64,000 nucleotides of DNA from Syncephalis fuscata S228 (Eukaryota; Fungi; Zoopagomycota): contig JAHLTZ010000020.1 of NCBI GenBank assembly GCA_025786725.1, forward strand, positions 410,634-474,633, in the 5' to 3' direction. This document shows positions 1 through 12,682 of the stretch, piece after piece. How positions within the stretch are numbered: position 1 is the first letter of the stretch; the number at the start of each line of letters is the position of its first letter. The notes under the pieces are model-generated. The model saw only the letters and a list, made by a program, of their open reading frames with translations, was not told the origin of the DNA and ran no database searches. The position numbers and the translations under genes were made by a program.

Positions 1-690
1 ATATATAATTCAACGCTGAAAATTTTGAATATTGAATTTGAAACAGTAGTATTAACGGTGACGGTAATAGTTATAACGTTTTTAATAAGCAAAGTAAACT
101 GCTGCAATTTTATTTTATATAACTTGTATTTTAGTTTCGATGGACACTCCGACTATAGCAATGTTTATAACAAATTGTAACTATTGCAAAACTGAATTGA
201 ACTTTTGCTATACGACTGCAATATTCTGATGAAACGATATAGCAACAATCATCTACTTGTTATCATGTGCTATCAACCAAGCCAAAAAAAAGCTTGGCAA
301 TGTTTTATTTAGCATGCGGAGGGTAGGCGCAATTTATTCTATAGAGCACAGTTTTTGCTGCAGCTGACAAGCACATTGTTCGTTATCGGCAATAGGCCGT
401 GTGCAATTTTTGAAAATCATTGAAAAACATGCGTGTAACCTTTGTGTAGTTGTATCTGCTTTGCAGGCAATGTACATGTTGTTTGATATTCATACTTTCA
501 GAAAATGGATTAAATCACGCAGTAAAGCCATACTTCGTTACCGACCATTAAGGCGCACGCCTTGCTTTTATCTTCAAGAATCTGTAAGCCTTGTGTTTGC
601 GTTTATTAGTCTAGATATAAAGTGTCTTTTAGCATATTATACGATTTGTTTGTATAGACAAATTATTAGCTAGTAGTCTAGTATATTTTT

Positions 691-832
691 TAATGGTTAA
701 ATGACTACATTTGATAAAATTTGCACAGTTGAACAAACATTTGTTCTATTCAACATGGAACCAGGCAATAATTTACATCAGAGCCCAAAATACTCACTAT
801 TGTAGATTTACTATTCAATGCGCATATATATT
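691..832 (+). repeat. Degenerate relic of the dispersed AT-rich inverted-repeat family
   Basis: aatgactacatttgata...ttgttctattcaacatg...aatactcactattgtagattta...atgcgcatatata resembles the arm at 41901-42008. Confidence 0.55.
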
Positions 833-3089
833 CTATTCGTCTATAGTCTTAGCTTTGTGTAGTAATGCTATTATTTAGCATTTTATTTTCTATTTGATGG
901 GCTTTATTTGTTATAGGCCTCGACATAATTCACCCGTTTCAATCATCAGCTATACATATTATGACTTCAACACTGTTAATTAGACATCTCTTACTGTATA
1001 TTTAGTATTTACACATTATTTTATTGAGTAGTCGTTACGCTTTATGCGAGACTGGGTCCTATTTGTAGCCAACTCTACTACTAGTAAAACCCAATATATT
1101 TTTCTCACACCTCTATCATTATAACTTTAGCAATATTGCTTTTTTTAGTTTTAACAAGCTATTTTTGTACAAATAAATACTTTTGCCTATGCTTTAACAC
1201 AAAGCCAATTTTTAATCGTAAAGTAAAGGCCGATATTAATACTAAACCATTATGCAATTTCTATCGATACTTCAGCTAGCAAGTTAGAAACCAGCGGAGT
1301 TCGGAAAAAGCCTGGTGCCTTGGGTTACCGCCGCTCCCAAGTCTGCGAAAAAGGAAATGGCCACAGTTAGCGTAATTCTACGATGTAAAGTGCCCCTTAA
1401 CCCGTTGCCTTATCTATCCGATACTTTCGACCCCGTTTTATAGGCGTATCTGTAACTGTCTCCGTTTGCTTAGTACTTCAAACATCAAAGGCGTGTTACT
1501 GTGAATCGATGGATTACACAACATAGGCACATGCTACATAGCCTTTAAATACACAGGTACCCGGCCACAAAATTCTCTGGGTTTGACTATTCCTATCGCT
1601 TTACTCCAGTTAGTTGACTAACTATTGTTTCAGTATTAACAGAACCGCCATTTAAATAACCAAATCAACTAAATAGCGAGCTATATATTTTTTATTACCG
1701 CCGATTCTATCATCCTACTACTACAACTATTGTTGTTCTACGGGCTTCTGATCAAACAAAACTCCGAACTGCGCTATCCAATCGCCTAAAAGTCTCTATA
1801 AATACTTTTATTATCAGCCTTATTAGGCCGACCAACTCGCTAAAACTCTACCATTCTCTAGTTCTTTATTACAATTCTCCTCACCATTTATTTTTTTAAA
1901 CACTTGCAAAGCGTCCGGAACGCTATCACACTCTTGGTGCTATTCAACAACTGTGTTTTTGAAAGGTTACAGAGTCATTTATCAAGTGGGAGACTGTGGT
2001 AAACCATAACATTGTCTATTTCAATCATTTTCTCGAGTTATTGCGCGTACGTAAAACGTACATTTATAATTGAAATCAGTAAGTGCATTCGATAAGACAT
2101 AACCGGTTGGAGGAAGGAAAGGGAGAAGGATAAGAAGAAGCGAGATAAGTAATTTCGTAAAGATCATGGATAATTTGGCTTGGTAGAGTTATATTAAACA
2201 CGCAGCAATAAATGATGGCTTCTGCCTGTTGTAATTGCACGTTGTTGAGGTATACTACACTCGTGGTCAGTTGATCACGAAGCGTCGGCTCTGGAATTGG
2301 CAATAGTTGTATTTGGGAGATAGATGTATCATGTATTGCTTTCTATATTTATTATTGTTCTCCGTTCGCCACCTGAATCTCAAACCTCCATTCTAAAACC
2401 AGCGTCTAAATTGACGTTCTATAAACTCTTTCGTCACTAGCCGTTGCTTCCTTATGTTTCTAATTGCATTCCGCTTTTATGCCGGACCACCGTCTTTTTT
2501 GTTTTTTTTTATGGAAGTGGCATGGGCTGTAGTGCCTATTATAAGGCTTCTTCAGCCTACTGGGCTCCTTTCTCCTCGTGATATACTCGCTCAATTAGGT
2601 AATTTACAATTAGTTCGAATTGCCGCATAAAGCGAAGCTTTATTAGTGCACCATCCTTTATTTTTCCTTCTTAATCCACTGCGTCGTCTTCTTTTACGTG
2701 ATTGCTTGTCAATCATAGTTTCTCTATCCACCCTTTATTACGTTCGGCTCAAGGTTCCGACGGTGTTCCTGGCTTATTATCTTAGTCTGCTGCTACGCTA
2801 TTCTCCTGTCGCTTCTATTCCGCTGCGTCTTGCCTGCCTTTGAGCAAATATTACACGTAAACTATTTCAACACACCTGTCACACCCAAAAGCCACTTTAT
2901 TACATGCTTTAATTGCCGGCCTATTTCTATCTCTTTAACGCTAGAAGATCTTTACGATATTCGGTCTTACAGCCACATATCTGTAGCAAATCGACCATTT
3001 AACAGAACTTAGTTTGCTTACCATTAGTATTATTCTTTTCGCTGTTTATTTGCTTTTTATCACAGCAACCACACCTATTCGTCTCTATT

Positions 3090-4183
3090 ATGCGTACCTC
3101 AGTAACTATCGCTGCCTGTGCACTTCTCCTTGGCGCCCTGGCCGTCGAGTCAGCCACCTATGATCGCCGAATCATGGTCTGCCTGGTTAATCAGGAGCGT
3201 GTCCAACGTGGCCTTAATGCATTGGGTCCTAATGCGTAAGTGTAAAAAGACAAAACAGTTATTGAACACAATTTATTAACTATTAATTGGACAATGCGTA
3301 TCGCAACCGATTAGTGCTCTTGACAATGCAGCACAGCGCCACAGTGACGATCAAGCCAAAATGAACACAATGACCCATACAGGTTCCGATGGCTCCGATC
3401 CAAGCAAGCGTGTCTCGGAAGCCGGCTATGACTGGACTAGCATGGCAGAGAACGTTGCTTACGGCTATCCTGATGAACAGACTTGTATGACAAAATGGAT
3501 GCAATCTCCAGGCCATCGTGCAAACATTCTAAAAACAGGATTGACCCATTTCGGCTCAGCTGTTGGCTACAGCGGCAGCACCCCCTACTATACTCAAGAC
3601 TTTGGTGGCGATGGTAAAACATATAGCTTTGCCACTTGTCCATCTGCATACACCTACGGTAATCGCCAGCTCCGGCTCCGGCAGCTCCGGCTCCAGCACC
3701 TGAACCTACTCCGGCTCCAGCTCCAGAGACACCAGCGCCTGTGTCGAGCTACTCCCCAAGTCCAGCGCCTGTTTCGAGCTACTCTCCAAGTCCAGCTCCT
3801 AATACCGACCGACCAAGTGACTGGACCTGCATCAAATCAGATAGTGAAGGCTGCTTCCGCTGGAAGAAGTGCACTACTGAAGGCAACAAATGGTCGTGCA
3901 CAGAGAAGTGGGACGTCATCCTTATGATACTCCGTCTTCTACTCCAGCTGCACCTGAACCAGCTCCAGCTCCAGCACCTGAGCCAACGGCTACCGACAGT
4001 AATCCGGCGCCATCATCTACATCTCCATGCTCTACTTCAACTTCTGCTCCAGCCTCTAGCACTGATCAACCAAGTGACTGGAGTTGCATCAAATCAGATA
4101 GCGAAGGCTGCTTCCGCTGGAAAAAGTGCACTACTGAAGGCAACAAATGGTCGTGCACAGAAAAATGGGAACGCCATCCTTAA
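3090..4183 (+). CDS. Secreted CAP/SCP (PR-1-like) protein 1 with Pro/Ala linker and two Cys/Trp-rich C-terminal modules; 2 apparent frameshifts
   Basis: ATG 3090 with signal-like MRTSVTIAACALLLGALAVESA; intron 3236-3314; CAP motifs CLVNQER, AENVAYG, WMQSPGHRANIL, YYTQDFG; frame breaks near 3663 and 3913. Confidence 0.88.
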
Positions 4184-5995
4184 ACGTAAATTTTTATGAA
4201 CAGATGCACGACTAATGATAGCGATATGTATAAGGATGGTAGTCTATTTCTGTTGTCGATGTTTGTTGCCGTTTCTGTTAACAAAGCTGGCTGTAATGAA
4301 AAACAACAGCATCCAACTTCAGTTCTATTTACTTATCAAACGTTTGTCATTTGTGACGTGCAATAATTGCTCGTAGCTGAATTTTATACTTTTTTGAGTC
4401 CAATTACAAATACACATTATGAAATTCAGTATTATTGTTGGCTTAAACCGATACAGTCTGTGTTTTATTTTTTGCGAACTATATCTAATTGCCACCTTTA
4501 TAGGATATGACTCATTCTTTCTTAAATAAATACAACTATACACAGTATAATTTGCCTAAATTGTATATTTTTATTTGTTACTATATAATTGATGAATACT
4601 AAACGACTATGATGATGCTTGGTTTTTTAAATTAGTACACAAATCAGGCTAGATTTGTTCTTGAGTAATTTCTGGACCGCGAGTAATACACGAATGCTAG
4701 AATTTTATAAATATAATAACGAAAAAAATGGTAATTTGGCTAAGATTTTTTTGATAAATCAATATACTAAATTAGATAATCAACACATTGTCGATAAGTA
4801 GTATATTATGTAATTAGTTTCTGTATTCAAATACAGTGCTAGTATAATATACTAGTAAGGAACAACCATCCTTGGTTTAAAGTTTGCATATTATTATACT
4901 CAATTTGACTTTAAGCCATAATAAAATTCAATAATTAAATGTAAATAATTGATGTGTATGCCACTATTACTGACAGAACTATCTAATATATTTACAAGAT
5001 ACTTTGATTAATCATAGTTGACTTCTATGTACTTTTCATAAGCAGTTGTATTGGCAACTATAAATAAGTCAGCATGGTTTAAAGATAGAGCAATTGCACA
5101 AGCAAATACTGTAATTATTTTAGTCCGCTGCTTTAGGCCCAATATGCTATAAATAAACAAAGATCAGCGGTAGTGTGTTTAAGTACACCAGCTAAATTGT
5201 AGCTAGTTTGCGATATCGATTTAAAAGTTGATGATGGCAACTGTTACAAAACGCTATGGTGGGACAAACAAATGCATCGCTTGTTTCAAGGCCAATGGAT
5301 GTATAATGTGTTTTGATTAGCGCTGAAATTCAGTATACAAGTATGTGCCATATGATTGCTGAGCATGACTATTGTAGCTGACGTCAATTGTAAACATAGT
5401 GCTACAATGGCACTCTACGCACAATAACAAGTATTTACATGCTGTAGTTAATTTTGGAACGTACAAAACGGAGTGCATGGCTGTGCAGGTGTTTTAGAAA
5501 ACGATATTGTTTAGCACGCGTAAATCCCTGTGCAGCTTTCACATAGGAGCATGTTTGGTCATCAATGATGGCCAGAATTATCAACTTTGGTTATACTTGT
5601 GCGAACCACGCTGCTAAATTTCTGATGGCCCACACGATAGTGGTTCTTGGCAAACCCGCTTCTGCGCATGATAGCCGAGCTGCTTGGTTGTACTACAGAG
5701 GTGCATGCCACACTGATAGCCAGTGAGAAACAGTCGAGTGGGCTCTTTAGGCATTGCTTGGCCGTTGTACTGCTCGTGTATAAAACATCCCATCAATTTC
5801 ACTTGCTACTTACTCGATATCACTTTACTATCTATTGAACAAATCTTTCCTATTTGCACCTCTAGCTTTGTAACCGTCTGGTACCTTTACAAATTCGGTG
5901 ACTGTTTTACCACTCTACTATAGTATATATTGCAAAAAATTGTTTAAATTAGCGTATTCTATTTTCAAGCAAATTCCATTTTCTACCGTACAACC

Positions 5996-7014
5996 ATGAA
6001 GCTTGCCATTTCCATTATTGCCGGCCTTGCAGCCTTGCAGTGTGTTGATGCATTTGATGTTGTAAAGATGCTTTGTCTGGTTAATAAGCAACGCCAACAG
6101 AATAACAGACTTCCGCTTGGCCTAAATCAGTAAGTCACTTGTTGCACAGCAATACGCCAGACATTTATTGACACATTTAATTTCTACCATAGGTTACTTG
6201 TCAATGCTGCCAATCAACACAGTAATGCGCAGGCACAAGCAAATAGCATGAGCCATCAGCTTTCCGGAGAGGGTACCCCTGGTGATCGTGTCACACAGGC
6301 AGGCTATCAATGGACCAGTGTGGCAGAAAATGTTGCCTATGGCTGGCAGACGAGGAAACTTGTGTTCAACAATGGATGAACTCGCCAGGCCATCGGGCCA
6401 ACATTCTTGGTGACTACACTCAATTTGGTGCCGGAGTTGCATATAGCAGCAGCAACGTGCCTTACTATACCCAAGATTTTGGTGCTAATGGCGAAGGAAA
6501 TAATTATCCAGAATGTCCAAGTGATGTTTATGGCGGTAACTCATCTTATACGCCTGCGCCTGCAACAACTACTGCTTATGAGCCTGCACCAGCTCCTGCG
6601 CCTACGGCGACCGACACTTATGAGCCTGCACCAGCCCCCGCTCCTACAGCGACCGACACTTATGAGCCTGCACCAGCTCCTGCGCCTGTAACAACCGTGA
6701 ATGGCGATGCTAATGTGTCTGTTCAAACTGGTTCCAACAATGCAAAATATCATACTAGACACAGAAATAATAAGAATAATAAGAACAACAGCAACACTAA
6801 TAGCTATAACAATAATAATGCTGACGCTAACACTGGTGCTAATACCAACAGCAATACCGACAGTAATACTACCGGTACCAGCAATGGCAATAGCTACGGC
6901 AGTGGTAATAATGACAGCAACAGTGGTACCACTACCACTACCACCAAGTATTTTAGCAGCGGCGACGGCAATAATGGTAGCACTGTGACCTACCATGTTT
7001 CAACTCATTATTAG
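5996..7014 (+). CDS. Secreted CAP/SCP protein 2 with YEPAPAPAPTATDT repeats and Asn/Thr-rich tail; 1 apparent frameshift
   Basis: ATG 5996 MKLAISIIAGLAALQCVDA; intron 6130-6192; ENVAYGW, WMNSPGHRANIL, YYTQDFG; one C missing near 6347 relative to the paralog codons tgg cca gac. Confidence 0.88.
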
Positions 7015-9819
7015 ATATGCTAGCCTGAATTGCGATGCTTTTTATCTCTTGTTAGCTATGTTTTACTGCTGGCTGGTAAAACATAGCCGTAGCAAATACA
7101 TGTGAAATAAATATCAATAAACAATAATCACTTTAAACATTAGTATTGTATAAAATGCTATTAGCTTGTTTTATCCTTAATTACCTAACATATTAAGGCA
7201 TCGAACAGCTGCTGTGTTGAGTTTGAACAACTAATCTTACTAATGTTTTACAAAATTGTGAATCCAGATTGCTTTCTATGTTACTTTAGCTTTGTCAAGT
7301 TTTTGTTTAATACTACTTGTATAATGTAATATGCTCGGCCTTTCTTATACTAACTATCGGCATATAAATTGCTTTTAGTATCAGCCAACTAGCAATGTTT
7401 CATTCATAAACCGGCTGTTGAGCTATCGGTCGCTAATAATCAGTATAAAGTCACATTTATTGAATGATAAAAAATAGCAATAAGTTTTTCAGCCTCTATT
7501 AAACCATATTTTATTAATACTTTTTACCTGTGCATTATCTTTGCTATCAAAGTAGTTATAGTTATATTGACAATGGCAAAAACCTAGTATGAAAGCACAA
7601 ATGTTTGTAGGTTGTTAAATTAGCACTGATTATCTAAATGTATAGCAGCTGATATAAATTGAAAACAATAAAAAATTCACGATAGATAAGGCGACAAATT
7701 TAGCTGGTATGTAACGCCATCGATTGGAATCGGTCATGTTAATTGGCGGTACAGCGCAATAATGTGTGAATAATTTGGCTTAGCTTATAGCGTTTGTCGC
7801 AGTCATGATCACCGATAAACGTAAACACCAATAATATTAGCACTGCCTTACTTAGCAGGCCCCGTACCAAACGATAGTAACAGCACGCAACAGTATCTTA
7901 AGATGGCTATCGTTGTACAACTCAACAGTTTATAGCTTAATTAGTATAACGGATGATAATGTTCAAATTCGTAAAATATTACAATATTGAGCATGTATGT
8001 ATGTAGAAATAAAAAATATTTAGCTATTTCTATTTTATGATAAAGTTAATACGTTGTATAGCTATCCTCTTTATAAATAGAAATATTGCCAAGCATATAG
8101 ATAAAAAGTATTATGTGTGTAAAATATAGAAAGAAAATAGATAATTCGTATTACCAAATATAGTAATGGTTATTAACCAATCAACAATCAGCAATTGTAC
8201 ACATAACTAAACCAATACCAGTTTATTTGCAACTTGCCAGAGCTAAAGAGAAAGACGAAATAAAGAGAAGATAAAAGAGAGCCACATGGTATGTTTGGAA
8301 CACTTTTGTGCGTAGCAATGGTTACCGCCCAAATGAGTTGCTGAGTAATACTACATTTAGAATCTAGTTATGGCAATGATTAAGCCTAGATATGAGCAGC
8401 TAAGGAGACTTTTTCCAAAAACATTCAAAACGAATAACTGGTTTCGCGAAAAAGTCCCATCGTTTAGTTTGATTCAAAAATGGCTGGGCATAAAACAAAT
8501 CCGGAATGATTGAATGGAATTACGAGCTGATAAGCAGATATACACAAATTGCTCATTTTTACGGCATATATAATCGGACTTGTCAATATTAAATTAGTAG
8601 ATTTTCCGATGACTCGATGCAGACAATAGCAGTGACAATGACAACGGAAGCCGCAGTAATGACACCATTCATTGTAAAATTGACAATACTAACAAACAAC
8701 AATGCACATTGTAGTCCAAGCGCATATGATATCACATGCAGTCTTACAAAACAATGATACCTAAAACTAGGAAGATGCACGTTTTTTCTTTGGAATCACG
8801 TACTTGTAGCCACATGCCTGTCGATAGGCCTTTATTGTGCTGCAACTGAGGTGAGAACAAGAGCTTTCGGCTTGTTGCCATATTCAGTCCAGCGTGGTAA
8901 CAGAAAGAAAGATGTACTCTGCATAGAACAACATTGACAATTTGGCGGAGCGCAATTAGTATTAAATTGCCAAATACGTCAGAGCGGAACGGGTCTTGAT
9001 CAGTGATTGGCACTTATCTTCCAAAAAGGCAGTCTATTCAAGTGAACACACGGAGCTCAGTGTATTCCCATAGGCCCACATGGAGACTACGCCGACTCGC
9101 CCATTTGGCAGATTGGTCGCCTAACTTCGGTAGTAAATGGCTGCAGAATCAAAAACACTCGCCAAATCCAGAATGGGCATCCTTCCATCGGCAGCGAATA
9201 TTTTGCCAATCATTTACTTCTCTACCCAATTCAAACTTTTTGGACCTGAAACAAACTCCTGCCATGCATAGAGGAATACAGAACCCTTAGCAATAGCCCA
9301 ATGTAGCACACAGACACGGAGCGGAGAGAAAATAACAGGCCAAAAAAACAATTGTGTCTACGAGTCGGGGGCTGTATTAGGCCAGATTTGGCGACTTACT
9401 TGGATGTGCTACGTTGGAGAGGCAAGGTTTAAATTGGCCATCGCCAACAATTAACATCGTTAACGCTTTGTTTGGTTTCGTTATTAAATACGTTTAGTCG
9501 ACTCACCTCCTCTCTTATTTCTACTACTATTACCGCCGCCGCCGCTGTTGCTTTTACTACTACTACTACTTATTACCTACTAACTAACAGTGTTAGTACA
9601 CTTACGTACTATTTCCTATTATTTCTTGTTCCTCTCGGCTGTTCGTCGTCTAATAAACCAACAAACAAGTATTTGTTGGCGACCATAGTTATCTATTCGC
9701 TACTTCTATTCTTCTACAGTGTATTATATCTGCTTGGCGGATATCTATACATCTAGCACCTTATTATCTTTACTTTCGATTGTTTTTTTACAGCGTTCGA
9801 AACGCTTTTCTTGAATATC

Positions 9820-11493
9820 ATGCACTCATACGCTGCTATTTTTGCCGTGTTGGCGATGGGCATTGCTGCCGATGCATTCAGCTCCTCCAAAATGCTTTGC
9901 TTGGTTAACCAGCGTCGTGCTCAGTATGGCAAAGCTCCACTTGGTTTGCACCCGTAAGTACCCAATTGGTTACAAAATACAAATCACAATGTCGTTACTG
10001 TTGAAGTACTTATTATTAACACGTTTGTGACCTTATTTTAGAAACCTTGATGCTGCTGCCACCTATCACAGTCAGCAACAGGCCAATCAAAAAAGTATGG
10101 CACATCAGCTTACTGGCGAAGCCGATCCATCCACTCGTCTAACCAAATTTGGTTACTCGTGGAATAAGATGGGTGAAAACGTAGCCTACGGCTGGCCAGA
10201 CGAGGAAACCTGTGTTGAGCAATGGATGAACTCACCAGGCCATCGTGCCAACATTCTTGGTGACTTCACTCACTTTGGTGCAGGTGTTGCTTATGGCGGT
10301 AGCACTCCATACTACACTCAAGACTTTGGTTCCAACGGACAAGGTGGCAGTTATCCAGAATGCCCAACAGGCTATAATGCTGGTACGCCATCGACTCCGG
10401 CTCCGGCTCCAGCCTATACTCCAACACCGGCTCCAGCTTATACTCCATCAACACCAGCTCCAGCTTATACCCCATCACCAGCTGCTGATGAAGAAGACTA
10501 TGAGGATGACTGCGAGTGCTACGAGGACTACCCAGACTGGTATGTCCCAGGAGCGCCTGAGCCAGCTACACCAGCTCCATCTGCTGGCCAAGATAACTCA
10601 TCTGATAACACGTACACTCCCAGCTCCAGCTCCAGCTTATACTCCATCTCCCCAGCTCCAGCTGGTGAAGATGATTCATCTAATAATAAGTATACTCCAG
10701 CTCCAGTCCATCTACCTCAACCGGTGGTACCAACCCAACGTCTACTTCTACCGCCTCTACTCCAGCTGCTACCTACTCTCCAGCTCCAGCCCCATCTAGC
10801 TCAACCGGCGGTACCAACCCAACGTCTACTTCTACCGCTTCTACTCCAGCTGCCACCTACTCTCCAGCTCCAGCTCCAGCTAGCTCAACCGGCGGTACCA
10901 ATCCAACATCTACTTCTACCGCTTCTGCCCCAGCTGCTACGTACACTACCACTCCAGCTCCAAGTGGTGGCAACAGCCCAGCCAGTGGTGACAAATACAC
11001 TACCACTCCAGCTCCAGCTTCTCCAGTCCAGCTCCAAGCGGTGGCAACAGCCCAGCCAGCGATGACAAATACACTACCACCCAGCTCCACTTCTCCAGTC
11101 CCAGCTCCAAGCGGTGGCAACAGCCCAGCCAGCGACGACAAATACACTACCACTCCAGCCCCAGCTTCTCCAGTCCCAGCTCCAAGCGGTGGCAACAGCC
11201 CAGCCAGCGGCGACAAATACACTACCACTCCAGCTCCAGCTTCTCCAGTCCCAGCTCCAAGCGGTGGCAACAGCCCAGCCAGCGACGACAAATACACTAC
11301 CACTCCAGCCCCAGCTTCTCCAGTTCCAGCTCCAAGCGGTGGCAACAGCCCAGCCAGCGGCGACAAATACACTACCACTCCAGCTCCAGCTTCTCCAGTC
11401 CCAGCTCCAAGTGGTGGCAACAGCCCAGCCAGCGGCGACAAATACACTACCACTCCAGCTCCAAGTGGTGGCAACAGCCCAGCTTCCTCTTAA
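9820..11493 (+). CDS. Secreted CAP/SCP protein 3 with long mucin-like tandem-repeat stalk; several apparent frameshifts in the repeats
   Basis: ATG 9820 MHSYAAIFAVLAMGIAADA; intron 9954-10041; GENVAYG, WMNSPGHRANIL, YYTQDFG; P/S/T-rich tail to TAA 11493. Confidence 0.88.
10696..10945 (+). repeat. Coding tandem repeat, ~3 copies of an ~85-nt unit (STGGTNPTSTSTASTPAATYSPAPAP)
   Basis: recurring tcaaccggcggtaccaacccaacgtctacttctaccgc. Confidence 0.85.
10954..11490 (+). repeat. Coding tandem repeat, ~7 copies of a 75-nt unit (PAPSGGNSPASxDKYTTTPAPASPV)
   Basis: ccagctccaagcggtggcaacagcccagccagc recurs at 11101, 11176, 11251, 11326, 11401. Confidence 0.92.
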
Positions 11494-11997
11494 AAAGCTT
11501 ACTAGACATGCCTGTGCTATACCACTAAGCAGCGTTTAATGTTATTTGCTACCAAGCCTACCTGTATAGAAATTGCTGAGCAGTTTCAACTAATTTTCTT
11601 TGTTAGTATATTTTAGTGACATCCAAATGTCTACTGCCCATCTACAACTTCAACCCGTTCACATTGTTTTGACTGCTTATTATCAATCTCATTTAATGTG
11701 TATGGCATGAATTTGCAGTGTGCTTTTGCATTGCACGATGTTGCCAACATATACTTTACTAAAGTCAGCGTTTATAACGCATCCTAATAATACATCTTGT
11801 TTTATTAAAAACTGTCCAATTTTGAAAGCAAAATACCTACATATGCTGCAATAGCACCAGTGATTTACTTAATTAACTGTCTTATTTGTGTCAAAGCTAG
11901 CACATTAGTAAATATGCGCTGTGTGCCATTTAGTATTATTAAGCAATTTTTGTTAACACATGAGTGCCAAATGGCTGCAATTGAACCAGAAATTCTT

Positions 11998-12088
11998 TCT
12001 ATTGAACATGATGATGGATGGTAAGTAGCATTAAGGTTTAAACTACTCACTCATAGATTTATTACCCAGTATGCATATATCCTCATTC
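11998..12088 (+). repeat. Degenerate relic of the inverted-repeat family
   Basis: tctattgaacatgatgatggatggtaag...atagatttattacccagtatgcatatatcc. Confidence 0.65.
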
Positions 12089-12682
12089 CATTTCACACGA
12101 CCATATATCATCTTATGTTATACTAGCTACATTATGTTCATTACTACTTCAAAAGCTTTACTCATCCCGCTCATTGCGCTATATGTACTATAACTTCAAT
12201 GCTGTTATTCATAGCTGTTCTTTTTTTAATTCCAGCTTATTATGTATAAATTCTTATTTATTTTGCCCATTAAGCCATACGCATTGATAGAACAAATGTT
12301 ATGTGTATGTATAAACTTATTACTTATTGGAAGCATGTATTATGTCAGTTGTCTATAGATAGTCATCGCTGTGTTGTTTAACGCTAATTGCTATGAGTTC
12401 GATAATAATAAGCTAAATAATGAATATCTATGACAACAACATGTTGAAGAAAAAATATCAGTATAAAAATGAAAAAGGCTGGTAATGAAGACGATATTAG
12501 TGGGAATAGCGCAGTACTGTAGTGATGCTATGAATAGATAGATAGACGATATATGCATACTGAATAATAATCGTAATAAAGCTATGATAACTACAAGTTG
12601 TGATGTATATGCATTCTTTTTAGTCATTGTAACAAAGCCATATTCAGCACTTCTGTTTATCATCTATCACTATATTTGCGCA

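Noticed and set aside
1-3060. Short ORFs or RNA genes in the first 3 kb and other long spacers (7050-9800, 38400-40500)
   Set aside because: No recognisable protein motifs, tRNA cloverleaf or convincing snoRNA boxes; a covariance-model search would be needed to exclude ncRNAs
10857-11474. 205-aa antisense ORF and similar shadow ORFs (6541-6996, 11114-11539)
   Set aside because: By-products of low-complexity coding repeats on the other strand or frame
10954-11490. Regularly spaced repeats resembling a CRISPR array
   Set aside because: Contiguous in-frame coding repeats with no unique spacers, in a eukaryotic gene
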